This document shows positions 24,539-37,985 of a DNA stretch of 64,000 nt, piece after piece. Source of the DNA: Rhynchobatus australiae (Eukaryota). The notes under the pieces were generated by a model that was not told the DNA's origin, ran no database searches, and worked only from the letters and a program-made list of their open reading frames with translations. Position 1 is the first letter of the stretch. The number at the start of each line of letters is the position of its first letter. The stretch covers positions 28,369,795 through 28,433,794 of the forward strand of contig JAUZTB010000069.1 of assembly GCA_034780895.1 (NCBI GenBank), given 5' to 3'. A program made the translations under genes and the position numbers.

Positions 24539-25345
24539 CTGAGTTGAGAAGGAAAAGCACAGTAAGAAAAAGAGAAAAACAAATCACTCAATAGCCCAAC
24601 TGGCATCAGTTACTGAGTGTGTCAAACAAGCTTCTGGGAGACAGGAGAATGGAAAAGGGTGCCAATTACATATCTGCTGCCCATGGGTGGCAGTATTCAG
24701 GGTCAACCACACCTGGACTCATACCTTGCCCACTGACCAATAGTGTTATACCCAAAATATAACCCCTTTGTATTGAAGGACTGAAGGATTCCCCACTATT
24801 AAAAAGGAGCTTTACTGTGACCAACACTCAGCTACGAAATCCACACAAAGGGGCGAGGGCGACCCACAGGCTCCTTCTGTGACAACCCATACAGTCAGAC
24901 AACTTGTGGGCTTCAATCTGCCAGTATGTGACTCCTGCCAAAGCAAGGGGCACCAAGTGAATCTGTCAGAAGCAGCTCATCAGACTGGATATTCAACCAT
25001 GTGGGCTATCCTCTTACCCAGCGTGTGGGACAGGATAAGCCAACACCTAACCAGAACTCTTGAGGGCAGATGAGGAGAAGGGATCAATACCAACCACACC
25101 ACCTAAATTATAAAGGNNNNNNNNNNNNNNNNNNNNNNNNNNNNNNNNNNNNNNNNNNNNNNNNNNNNNNNNNNTCTCCAAAACCACCCTTATGCAACAG
25201 GTCTGCTGTAGAGCTCAAAAGTCCCCACCCTTAGTTACTCATTCTTATGGACCAAACACTCCCACCACGTTACACTTTACAGCATCGCCATGACAATATG
25301 GCCCTCGGCTCACTTCACTGCTCCAGCAACCAGCGCCTCACTTAC

Positions 25346-25460
25346 CACTTCCTCCTCATCCTCCTCCTCATCCTCCTTCCTGACCAGGTGCTTCACCGTC
25401 TTTGCCAGTTTGGGAGTCGCTGATTTGAACAAGCCCTCCTCGTCGTCATCACTGAAAAGG
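25346..25460 (-). CDS. FKBP15: FKBP15 penultimate exon (LFSDDDEEGLFKSATPKLAKTVKHLVRKEDEEEDEEEV)
   Basis: tttag| ... |gtaag; matches human SGDEEDELFKGAT...EEEDEDEV. Confidence 0.93.
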
Positions 25461-25714
25461 CTAAACGGTGAAAGATGCAAAAGTCAGTGGTTTCTTTTGA
25501 CAGCCCGAGTCAATGACTGGAGGGAGCTCCACAGGTTTACATTCCTGGGGAGGACTAGCAATGGGGACACGTTTCTTCAAAAGGGCCCCAGCACCCAACT
25601 ACTCACTCCTCATCCACAGGCCCAGATAGCAAGGTGCCCAATTAACACACCTACAAATTAGAATAATTAATGCTAAAATACCACGTGCCCATGGGAAGTA
25701 AAAAAGCTCTAGAG

Positions 25715-25905
25715 TCTTTAGAACTACTCAAGGACACCACAAAGTGCTTCACAACCAATTAAATTATCTGAAGTTGTAATGAAACCAACTTGTACACAGA
25801 AAGCTCCTGTAAAAAGCAAATAGATCACCCGTTTCAGTGACACTAAATGAGGAATAAATATTGGCCAGGACACCGGGGAAACTCTCCTGATCTTCTCCAA
25901 ATAGA
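25715..25905 (-). mobile_element. Deu-domain SINE 3' part
   Basis: tgaggaataaatattggccaggacaccggggaaactctcctgatcttc resembles the reverse complement of the Deu-SINE 3' conserved block. Confidence 0.7.
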
Positions 25906-28520
25906 GTTTAGAAGGTTGAGAGGTACTGAAATAGGGAGTGGCAAGGGTCTGAATGGATTTGAAGGGGTCTTGAGTTGAGCTCTACTTCCTAATACTATTC
26001 TTGCTGCTTCCATCCGTCATTGGAATATTCACATGGTCTGGAAATGTGGAAATGGAAATGCATTAGTGATCTACATTGTTAATTGCTCACTAACAAGAGA
26101 GTAGACAAGAAGTGTTGTTTAATGGACTGTGGGGGTGACAGCTACCTCCAGGCAGGGACTCCTTTGGGGTTAAAAATAAAAGGCAGCAGGCCTCAGAATA
26201 AGATTGGTACAATGTCTGTCACCACAGTGGAACAATGCCGTGGATTCCTTGGTTGGGAGGGGTGCCCCCTGCTCTTCCCCATCCCAGAACCAGTTATGAT
26301 TTCTTTCAGTTTTTGGGAGGCAGCACCTGTAATGGAATCGGACTACCACTGGGACACAGCAGGAGGAGCAACCACGAGATAAAAACCAGGGCTGAGGAAG
26401 GACACATACAAATCATACACGTCAGAAGGCCACACCGAGTCTTCAGGTGCAAGAGGAGAAACAGCCACTCAAGTGATCGCTGTCCCTCTTTCCAAACATC
26501 CCTAGAAACCTATTCACAAGCATATGTCCAATTCCCCTTAATAAAGTTAGCAACAAAGGAATGGAATTCAATTAAATCATAACTGACCTGCTTATCAGTT
26601 CCATAAGCCTTACACCCACCCTTAAAAATCAATTTTAATTAACTTGGTCTGAACATTTTGGGGGAAGAGGCTTGCAGTTTTCCATTCTGAATCCCCATCC
26701 CCACGGTTTACTTCCCACTTATCCTAAAAGGGGGTAAAAATATTTTCAGAGGATGACATAAGTATTTTACACAGGGCATCCACCTTGACCGCAAAGCCTG
26801 CTGAGGGGAGGCAAACCCAGAACCAGGAACAGCCAGAGGCAAAACCACTCAAAACTTTTGAACGGATCTTTTAAAAAAAAGGAAATTTCTTAACTGTAAA
26901 GACCGATTACCCCAGAGGGACATGTAACATGCTCTAATCACTCAACTACACTGCAAATATTTCATTCCCACTTGAACAAATTGACCCAGAATTCTCTGAT
27001 CAGATTCCCATGTTATTCAGAGGATGGGAAGCCCATGAGGCCTGGCCTTACCTTTAGTCACAGAAACAGAAAAGTAACAGAACATTCAGCTCTTCAAACT
27101 GACGCCAATTCTCTAAAACTACCGCAGCTAGTCCCAGTTCTTCTGTTCTTTTCCCAGAGTCCTGTAATTTATTTTGTTTTTTCACTTAGTGATAAAATCC
27201 CCTTTTGAAAACNNNNNNNNNNNNNNNNNCTGCCGTGTCAGGCAATGCAATCCAAACGCTGAACACTCACTGTGTAACAAAGATTCTCCTCAGGTCATGC
27301 TTTCGTTTGCCAATTTTAAATCAATATCCCTCAACAACAGTTTGTGTACTCAACACAACGCTGCATTTTTTAAGCACCTCTAACATCTCCTCCCAACTCT
27401 TTGCTCTGAAGGAAATAATCCCAGCTTCTCCTTCCATTCCCCATAACATCACTTCCTCAACCCTTCCCAGTGCCACAACCAGAGCTGGACGCTATGTTGC
27501 CGTTGTGGGTAAATTAATGTTTTATGAAAGTTCATCATGAACATCTCATTTTTTTTAAACTTTAAGAAGCCAGTTCTAAAAATTGCTTTCTTAACCTGTC
27601 CTTCCACCTTCGAAGACTTAGGCAGCCAAGTTCCTATTCCTGCACTCCCTTTGAAATAGTACTTTTATATTACCCATCCTCAATCTACAAAACATCACCA
27701 GTTCACACTTTTCTGCAGTAAATTTCAATTCCAATACATCTGCCATTCCATTAACTAATCTATATCCTCAAAATCCTCACCCTCCTCCTCACTGTTCATT
27801 ACAGTTTTTATATCATCTACAAATTTTGAGGTTACCCCATTGCCTTCATCAACCCTCTGATACTTCCAAAAAAAATGCTTTTGTTAAACGCTATTTTCTT
27901 TTTACAAATCTGTGATGGCTTCCATTAATTAGCCCATAATCAATTCAAGTGGCTATTAATTTTGTCCTGGATTTTTTTTTCCTTAAATACCTCCCTATCA
28001 ACAAACTTAAACTTCCCACAGATGTTGCCTGACCTGCTGAGTGCTTCTGGGTTTGATCAGTGTTTTTAAAATTGTGCTCCATTTGATTTGCCCCTTCCTT
28101 CAACTTTACTTCCCTTTAGAAGTTTTGGATAGATTCCATCAGATGTTTTGACATCTACTTCAAATCCAGCCAGCCTTTTCAGTGCCATCTCTTCTTTTTA
28201 GTCCAACCAGTCACACAATTACCTCCTCTTTTACCACTGCAGCAGCATCTCCCTTGCATTAAAAAAGATACAAGATACTCGCTTAGTTCCTTTGCTTCTG
28301 TAGAGGAGGCTCCATTTTGTTCCCCAAGCTGTCCTTCTTACTCCACATTTATTATTTGGATATCTATAGTAGACTTTTGGGATTACCTTTTGTTAGCTGC
28401 CATCACTTGTCACCTCTTCGCCCTCAATTCCTTACTTCACTACCTCGTCTCATTTAGTCTTTTCAGCTGGGCGCTCACTTGAACCAACACTGACCACAGG
28501 CCCCCCGATGTGCTACTAAC

Positions 28521-29368
28521 CTGGAAGAGTTTGTCGAGGAGACAGATTTAGGTTCTGGAACTGCTTTCTCAGTATTGGAGCCATGTTCTGCCACGTGCAA
28601 AGCATCATGCTCTGAAGAAGACTGGCTTGATTGAGGTGCCGAATCTTTTGGGATTTCAGGGCTCCCTTTGTTCCCATTAAGTGCTGGGTCTATCCCTTGG
28701 AGGGTCTCTGAAGGCTCAGCGACTTCCTGGACTTCAGAGATGCTGTTGCTGTGTGTCTGAGGTTGCTCTTCCTGTCTTTTACTGGCCGTTGACCTGTTTG
28801 GAAGTGAATCCCTGTCCAATTCGCTGTGCTGCACTTCACTCACATGGTCACGTTTCCTCTCTGGTGTCCTTTCATCCTCTTGGACCTCTGCATCTTGAAG
28901 AGATCTTTTGCTGCCAGGGAGATCTGCTGGGTCAGGTGGAGGTGCTAACACTTCCTTCTCACCTGTCCATTTCTCCATGGGTCCTGGGTTGTTCCCCAGA
29001 TCCTCTCCTGCAGGGGAATTCAGTGAAAGAGCGGGAATATTTGGAGCACGAGTCAAAGGTGTCTCTGGCTGCTCCAACTCGGGTGCTTTTGAATCCTGGG
29101 CATCAGCTTGATCTTCTTTGTGCTCGACGGCCAGGGGTGGGTAGCTGGATGATAAAGTCACCTCACTTAACTGACCCGTTTCTGGTGCTGTGGGACCCTC
29201 TTCGTGCACGGCTCCACTCACTCCTTCAGCAGTGTCAGTATCGACCTTAACGTTCTGACTCTTGACTGGAGAAGCTGCCTTCTCTTCGGTCTCGCCCTCA
29301 GATTCTTCGTCCTCATCGTCACTTGTTGTGTGGGGTTGGTCTTGGCACAAGAGCTGGAGGGTAACTGC
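28521..29368 (-). CDS. FKBP15: FKBP15 large 848-nt exon (AVTLQLLCQDQ... acidic/Pro-rich disordered region ...STNSS)
   Basis: aacag| ... |gttag; open frame inside the 312-aa ORF; begins with conserved VTLQLL; phase 2 fits the next exon. Confidence 0.92.
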
Positions 29369-31339
29369 CTGTTGGGGAAGAGGAAGAAAATAAGTCTGTA
29401 AAGCTAACACCATGGCAATTCGGGTCCCCTCAGGGACCTACAAGATGCTGTCTGATGTGGATCTAATCCAGACAAGTTTTAAAGTACCGACCTCTGCTGA
29501 ATTAATACATGTAGATGGCTCTAGAGATGAGACTCGATCACAATGATCCTGGGTTGAATTCCTTGCCAACACACTATCTTGGCTCCTGAAGAATACCCAT
29601 GGGTTTGAAGGGGTGAAGGAAATAAAGGGCCCAGAGTTATCGATATCAGTCCAATAACCTGTGCATTTCCAGAGGCTGATGAGGACAGCAGAAGGTTTAA
29701 CTGAATGCCTCAGCCTGTCAGCATTGTCACACGTCCTAGTTAATGGCCCATTTTATGGCTTTTTGGGCCAGTCCCAGAACAAGTCATACTTTCCTCTTGG
29801 AGGGAGGCATGCTTATTCATTCATTCTGAATATCATGGGTCACTTCACTTGTGTGGGGATATAACAGATCTCTCTAAAATAATGAAACTGGGTGGGTGTG
29901 TAGTAGCACCCTTTCCAATAATCAAAGGAAGAAGAATCAAGGAGCCAAAAATACCAGACTGAAAGCCAGAGATTTGGAACAGAGAGCAGGAGACATTTCT
30001 TCAGGGTTAATGGCAGAAGCAAAATTATGTCAAGATTCAACACTACTGTGGAGGGGTCAACAAGGAAAAGTATCTAAAGGGATGCAGGAAATGGGGTCTG
30101 ATCTTTCAGCTCAAATTCAGGGTAAATACCACCACATATTTGGGTCGAGTTTGTAGACTTCATGTTGCAATTTTAAGTTTTTTTTAAAAGATTCCAGGAC
30201 TTTCGATCCTCTATAAGCCCCTGAAGTCTATTATTGATTTCTATGCTCGAGGATGAATTTCCTAACATGAATCCTGAATATAATATTTATAGTTTGAACC
30301 TGCATCATCACATAAATTTAAGGCTCTGCCAAGACAAGTGCACAGAAGATTGAGTAACATCGCTGTCAATTATGCAGAGCAGAAGTGACCACAATTGATT
30401 TTCTACAAGAAACTAACAGGCAACCACTTCTACTGTCTGCATTTTACTGGAGAAATTAGTTTCTTAAATTCAGTTTCTCCCCCTTCTTGCCCACCCCACT
30501 GACTGTGACAGTATAGTCAACTCAATGAACTTTTCCATTCCTTTAACCACATTACACTTCTGCAACCACCTTCAAGTTTGCAAAGCACATCTCTAACGTC
30601 TCTTTGGTAATGTGATGCCTGACGTAGGGGTGCCAACGCTGTACTTCAACAATAATTGACAGTTTATTGCTAGGGTCAATTTGTTTTGTCTGAAAAGATT
30701 AGAGCAATCCTGTTCCAAAGTATGCTGCAATTAATTTGGACTCCATTTCAGATGGAGAACTTCTTCTCAGAAGTTGCAAATCCTTGAATTTTACTACCCC
30801 AGGGAGTGGTGGAGCTTGATTCACTGAATACATTTGAAGCTGGGATGGACAGATTTTTGGACTACAAGTGTAACGGAGAACAGGCAAGAAAGTGGAGCTG
30901 AAGCAATGATCAGATCAGCCAGATTCTTACTGAATGATGGAGAGGGGGGGAAAAAGGCCATTAGGTTACTCCAGCACTGATTTCTTACATTTTTTTTGTC
31001 TCAGTCAACAGAAATTAATAAAGTACCCAAGGTCTTTGTAATGACAGCTGTGTCTTTCTTGCTCGCTCTCCCTCCGATTTGCACTATTGGCAATGATTTT
31101 TAACGGCAGGTTTGCTTTGACTGCTACTCTTCATTGCCATGAATCTAGTAAAGAATCTGGGGCTCTTTCAGTTTCATTGTTGTCTGTTTCACCAACAAGC
31201 TTACTTTCTCCCATGTGCAGTACTTTAATCTTCTCAGTGTTAAGTTTCACTGGCTGCAATCAGCTTGTTTGGTCTAGTTCATTGTACAATTTACAAGCCA
31301 ATTCTGCTATCAGTGCTATTTTGGTATCACTGGCAAAAC

Positions 31340-31625
31340 TGGCAGGCACAGTAGTATAGTGGTTAGCGTAACACTATTACAGTGCCAGTGACCTGGGTTC
31401 AATTCCGGCTGCTGTCCGTAAGGAATTTGTATGTTCTCCCCGTGTCTGCAAGGGTTTCCTCCGATTCCTTCTCACATTCCAAAGACATACGGGTTAGGAA
31501 GTTGTGGGCATGCTATGTTGGTGCTGGAAGTGTGGCGACACTTGCGGGCTGCCCCCAGAATACTCTACGCATGAAGGTGCATTTCACTGCGTGTTTCAAT
31601 GTACATGTGACTAAAGATATCTCAT
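31340..31625 (+). mobile_element. V-SINE copy (same family as 15865)
   Basis: ggcaggcacagtagtatagtggttagcgtaacactattacagtgccagtgacctgggttcaattcc... is colinear with the 15865 copy. Confidence 0.85.
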
Positions 31626-33213
31626 CTAAAAAAACTGACTAATTGGGTTTCTCAGTCTAGATCATAAGGGTAACTTAAAAACTTCATTATCCAGTACTTG
31701 CCTCACTGGGTAAAGTTCGAATGCAACATCACCAACCTGTTTACCGTTAACCGTTTCCCTTTGCAGATTCTGCCTGACCCATGAACGCTTCCAATATTTG
31801 GAGTTTTTATTTCAGATTTCCAGTGGCTACATTTTGCTTCCATAAACTGGAATAAAGACCATTTTCCACCCTTCAGCCAAATTGTCATCCATTCCCTGGG
31901 ATTACCCTGAACCGCAGCCACTTTGAATTTGGGTAATAGGCCTTGGTGTAGCATTCCTATCAACCTTTTGGAAATTCGTACATTATACTTCCGCTCCTGT
32001 CACTTCAGCACTTTGTTTTGCACTACAGTTTGTGCTCCTGGACTTTGCACCATCCTGTTGCTTTGTGTTTGTCGCTGTATTTAGTGTATGTATTATTACC
32101 ATGTGTACTGTTTACTCTGAGCTTCATGAGAGCACGGGATCTCATTGCACCTTACTGTATATGACAACAAAACTGATCCGAATAATCGGAATCTGGATAG
32201 GGCTTTGCACTGTTTCCTTCAGGAGCCAATTCCTCATGCATTTTAATCAGGCCATTCATGGGTGCTGACTGTAGTTTAGTAGACTTTTAGTAAAATTAAA
32301 TTTACTTCCCCACAAAAACTCTAATTCCTCATTTGACATATTTTTGATCTTTCTTATATACATCAGCTTCTCAATGGTACTTTGTGCCAGCCCAGAATGA
32401 GAAAGTAGTGCTCATCGTAGGTATGTTGATGTTGAGATACATAGATGGACTATCTACGGCTGTGTGAGGTCAGGATGACTGTCAACCACCATACAATATC
32501 TACTCATCCTACGTTAACCCAACTTTTTATTCTCCCCATGTTCCCATCATTTTCCAGTAGAAGTGCAGGAACAGCAGAGAGCTGGAAAGCCTATAGAGAA
32601 ATATTGTATTCTCAACTTCCTACCTCTTGGGCACCTCACATTCCCTTCTCCTGACTTTTGGGCAAAAGATACAAACGCTTGAAACCACGCACTACTGGGC
32701 TCAAGGACACCTTCTACCCAACTCTTAGAAGGCTGTTGAATGGACCTCTTGTACAGTAAAAGAACTCTTGACCTCACAATCTACTAGTCGTGGCCCATGC
32801 ACCTTATTGTCTACCTGCACTTTCTCTGCATTCTGTTATTGCTTTTCCCTTGTACTACCTCAACATACTTGTGTTTTGAAATGATGGCACGTAAAACCAA
32901 GTTTTCACTGAATCTCAGTACATGTGACAATAATAAACCAATTCCAATAACAGTGTCAAATTTTGTCTCAAACACCAGAGGATATTAAAGATGCTATGCA
33001 AATGCATATTGTGCAGAAATAAATGGACCAAGCTTGCCCTTGCCATAGGAGGTACAACAACCTGGGTCATATGGGAACTGGTGTTATCAGCTCTATTTGC
33101 AGATGACATTTATTTTGTAATACAAGGGGAGCAAGTCAAGGAAAGGATTACACCAGACTCCATTATCAAGACTGGTGCATAGGCACAGGCATGTAGCCAG
33201 CTGAAGTCTATAC

Positions 33214-33321
33214 CTTGATGGTGTTCAAGATGATGCCGAGGACTGATCTTCCACTGTACATTTCATCAAGGTCAAACTCTCTGCGCACCGACTGAAACAC
33301 GCCATTCATGATTTTCTTCAC
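33214..33321 (-). CDS. FKBP15: FKBP15 exon (VKKIMNGVFQSVRREFDLDEMYSGRSVLGIILNTIK)
   Basis: tgtag| ... |gtata; diagnostic VKKIMN.VFQS.R.EF motif. Confidence 0.96.
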
Positions 33322-34354
33322 CTACAGGAAGATTTATCATCCGTTACACAGGTAATGAGTCTGATTTTGCAAGACAATGAAAGAATCAACGGGAAGGTGA
33401 TATTTCCATTAATGCTGCTGAATGTCCCCATCAAGCAATCAAGCATTCTCAGGTGAAAACCCTTTCGGAGCATCCCAAAATAAAAGCTTCAGCTCAAGCT
33501 CAGAAGAGCAGCTGTCGACACAGGGCAGTGTGGTGCTCACTGCAGCTCGCCGACAAGTTTAGTCAGAGACTTGCAAGCTGGGAGATCATGGTGGCCTGCT
33601 ACTCATTACAACACGGAAACATTTCCAAAAATGGGTGGGTGTGGTGGTCCTTGGACCATGGTGGGGGGGGGGGGGAGAGAAGAAAAGGGAAAATCAATAC
33701 ATTTGGTACCATATCATTCAGTTCTAACCATGCAACGTGATTAGACCCAATAAAAAGAAAAATACCTCCCTTCAAATGTGGTGGTGGGGGGGGGGAAGAA
33801 AAATGAAGGGTCTAATCTAAAGATTCAAGTAACATCACACTTGCAGTGCCCAGCCATTTAGATTCAAGAGATTTCGCAAACTAGATATTTTTCGTTTAAA
33901 TGGTGCTACAAACGATACAAACGCAGCAAACATTCCGGGATCTGCATCAACTAATGGTGACCACTGCACTGAGAATACAAGGGCAGACAAAGCCCGATCA
34001 CCTTGGACAATCCACCAGATATTCATCTTTAAACTCTCGATCCCTGAGCAACAGCACTGTGGAACACCACAGACACTCCTTTGTCACCAAATGTTTCAAA
34101 TCTCAGTGACAGTACGTCGCGCATTTTGATCCAGGAGGATTAAAATGACCAAACCCAGGCTCCTTTCAGGCACCCTCTAGGGACTGACCACTAAATAACA
34201 CGCTGGGAATTTGGCTCGGATTAACGCAGAGGAAGGCAACAAGCAAAATTAAAATACTATTTAAAAAAATCTAGCAAAAGTTGGCAAAAATCTAAATTAA
34301 TCCACAGGTGTACTTAGAAACACGACGTTGGCTCTGCTGGTTTACTGTCCATAC

Positions 34355-34477
34355 CTCCTCAGCGGTGTTGTCTGGACGAAGTGCTTCATTAGCCACAGGG
34401 GCTTGCTGTTGAAGTTCCTGAATGCGCCCTTCATAGTGTTCCTTCATTGCAACAGCTCTTTTCTCCAAGGATGAATA
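34355..34477 (-). CDS. FKBP15: FKBP15 exon (YSSLEKRAVAMKEHYEGRIQELQQQAPVANEALRPDNTAEE)
   Basis: tacag| ... |gtatg; 123 nt, phase 0/0; coiled-coil composition. Confidence 0.9.
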
Positions 34478-35799
34478 CTGTAAAATACAGAGACAGCACT
34501 CAAGAATGCATGTGCAAAAGCACCTCTGCCACAACAGCTCCTCTTGGCTGTAGGGCAGACTCGTACCGAGTTGTCACTTAGACAGGAGACCGGAAACCGT
34601 ACCCAAAGGGACTGATTTAAGAGACGAGACTCTGCAGCAGAGTGCAGTCCTTAGGCTAATCATTCAGAGCGAGTTTCAGTCTCGTTTCAGACAAATGGCT
34701 TTTCAGCTGATCACAACAGTCAATCTTTCTGGTCTTAATGCTATAATGTTAGTCAATGACCTTGACTGTATGATCTCATTATTAGTTCTTTGGAAACGCA
34801 AAACTACTGCTTATTTGCCCAAATAACTTACGGTATTGCAAAAGCAATTCTTTGTAAGGTTGTGATTGCCGATTAGGTGTAATATTTCTTGCACTGTTTC
34901 TCTACTGAGTACACGTCTCACAACACTAAGTGTGGCAGGAGAGGTGAGGGGAGGAGGGAGTAGGGGAAATAGCCAGAGGGGTAGAATCCACTTCGGCTCT
35001 GTCGTGCACCATTACAGTACAAATACTGCGGGCAAACATGCTGCATTGTTTAACAGTGAAAGTGCTCACTCATTCTCAAAGGACTTAAAAAGGTTATCCA
35101 ATCATTGCTGTTAATTAAAACAAATTGACATTAGTATAGTACCTTTAATATAGTAAACAGTCTCAAGGTGATTCAGAAGATCATTATCAAACAAAATGTT
35201 GCACTGAGACATACGAGGAGATATTAGGGCAGGTGAACAAAAATATGGTCGAAACGGAAGGTTTTTACGAGTGCCGTAAAGAGGAAACGGCAGAGCATGG
35301 GGCCTGGTCAGCATGGCCACAAATTCAAGGGAAGCTACCAACACAGCGATATAGAAACTCAGGGGAGTGCAATAGGTTGGAAGTGGAGGAGGACAAAGAT
35401 ACTGCAGAGCTGAAGGAGGAACGATGATGGAGAGAGGTGAACCCAAAGAGGGATCTTAAGTGACTGGTAAGATGGGAGCCAGTACAAACAGGGAACATTG
35501 GGGTTTTGTATATTGGTACCTGGTGGGTAAACAGTTATGTCAGAATTCCACATTATTCAGATTGGAAGATGGGACTGGGTTGGTACAATCAAGTCTAGAA
35601 ACTTAAATAATGTGGGGTTGAGCAGAAGGTGAATTGATAGGAGGGAAATCAGGCAATATTAGTGAAGCACAATTGGAAGCTCACCTTGGTTCACAAACTA
35701 CACTGGAGGTTATATGATGTGGCTCAACGCAAGGCATTTGCCAGCAAGATGAATTTTGAGGCCAATGTTGAGTCAGTTCGGGTCAGAAGCTGAGTATCG

Positions 35800-36290
35800 A
35801 GTGCCATCTGACTCACCCAAAAGCCTTTTCACCAACAATGCTCAAGAAGTTTGATAACATCCAGGACAAAGTAACCCAGCTGACCGGCACCCATCAACTA
35901 ACCTAAACATCGCCTCCCTCTACCATCACTGCACAGTGGCTGCGGTATGCACCAGCAACAAAATGAACGGCAATTATTTGCTGAAGCTACTCCAACAGAA
36001 CCCACCAAACCTGCGACCTCTACCGCAAAGGACAAGGGCAGCAGGTTCATGGAACACCAGCACCTGCTGGTCCCTCTTCAAATCACACACCATCCTGACT
36101 TGGAAATACATGGCCAGTCCTTCATCTCTGGGTCTAAATCTGAGAACTTCCTGCTCCACAGTATCCTGGGTGCACACCTTCACCAGAAATGCAGCGGCAG
36201 TTTGATAAAGTGGCTCGTCACCATCTTCTCAAGGGTGGTTAGGGAGAGCCACAAACGCTGGGCTTGCTCGTAATAACCCAGATCCTGAAA
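35800..36290 (+). mobile_element. non-LTR retrotransposon 3' fragment (same family as 58440-59580 and 52550-53000)
   Basis: shared catccaggacaaag...gcaccc...ctacctctacc...aaggacaagggcagcagg blocks; clade uncertain. Confidence 0.55.
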
Positions 36291-37523
36291 ATGAATATTT
36301 AAAAAAGCCAAGAGCCAAGGTTAAAAATGAGGGATTCACAGATCCTTAGAAACCAGAAAAGGGCATTTAGCCCATTACGCCTCTTGCTCTATTTAACAAG
36401 ATCATGAATGATCTGTAACCTAACTCCATAGATCCAATACTCTATAGCAATGGCTCTAAACAGACTAATTTATTTTCAGGGAAGCTAACAAATGACTGTA
36501 ACATTACTGGCTCCTCCAAGTACTGAACCCACAGTTCCAATGCACCCACCAGATTACGCTGTTGATCTTATAAAAACACCAAATTCCAAATCTCTCCCTC
36601 ACCCAAAAATCACATTGCCTGTGCAGTTCGGAGAATTAAGGGCTCACAGTGATGCACTCAGCTCAGCCCGAAGATTGTGGGTTCCAAATCCCATTCCAGG
36701 TACTTATCACTCCAATCTAGGCTGGCAATTCCTGCAATATCAGCACACTGTCTTCCAAAAAGAGATTTAGCATTATAAAATTTGGCAGTGGATCATATGG
36801 TGAATTTCTAACCTGAGTGTGGTTATTACACTGAAGTAACTAAGCCACGATCATGTTATCTCAAGAACTATAATTTTTTCTCTCTACTGTACACCTTGAA
36901 AGATGGGTTAATGAAAATGAAAGCAATAAACATACATTTCTTCTGTATCTGGGGCATTCTGATTTCAGTTTAGCTTTACAACAGTAGCAGATTTACTTTC
37001 TTTCTATCTTTCAAAACTAAGATATGGTGCTCAGCATCAATGTAACAGCTTAATTCCTTTAGAATTCTACTGTCTTTTACAATTCATTTAGAATTGTAGA
37101 AGACGGAATGTATTAAACTCTGTTCATGTGAATCAAGTGACAGTGTTAATGATTACATCAATGCTGCAAATAGTTCCTCACATCCCTCAGTAGAATTTTA
37201 GCATTAGTTCATCAGATTTACAGTTAATCTTTTTTTAATCTTACCAAGAATGTAAACCCTGTTTGTTATGGACAGGGAACAGGGACCCCCATGACTACAA
37301 CTGGGAAAAATTGGGAATGAGGAGGTTCTGCACCATGATCTCCTTGGAAGAGGGGTGTGGGGAGGAGCATGATTGAACATAAACAGAAAATACTGCAAAA
37401 TACTCATCAGGTCAAGCAGCATCCGCAGATAAACAGTTCATGATTCAGGTTGAAGACTTTTCATCAGAACTGGGAAAAGTTAGAAGTTAAAACCGTTCCA
37501 AGTTGCAGAGAGGGGTAGAGAAG

Positions 37524-37985
37524 AGTCATGGAGTTATACAACACAAAAACAGGCCCCCTCAGATCAACTCATCCGTGCTGACCAAGGTGTTCACCTAAGC
37601 TAATTCCATTTGCCTGCATTTGGCCCATATCCCTCTAAACCTTTCCTATCCATGGAACTGTCCAAATGTCTTTTAATAATGACATTTAAAAGACATTTAG
37701 ATACGTATATGGATGGGAAAGGTTCAGAGGGATATCAGCCAAATGCAGGCAAATAGGACCAGCTTAGGTGGGCACCTTGGTTGGTATGGACGTGTTGGGC
37801 CGAAGGGCCTGTTTCTGTGCTGTATGACTCTCACTTTAAATGTCGTTATTGTACCTGTCTCTACCACTTCCTCTGGCAGTGCACTCCATATAATACACCA
37901 TCCTCTGCATGAAAAAGTTGCCCTTCAGGTCCCTTTTAAATCTTTCCCATCTCAGTTTAAACCCAGGCCCTCTAGTTTTGGATCC
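37524..37985. mobile_element. CR1 3' fragment (-) interrupted by a second CR1 3' end (+)
   Basis: 37531-37676 and 37686-37830 are approximate reverse complements; the - copy resumes at about 37834. Confidence 0.8.

Noticed and set aside
28681-29250. 189-aa ORF on the + strand
   Set aside because: Antisense shadow of the large FKBP15 exon, with no recognisable domain
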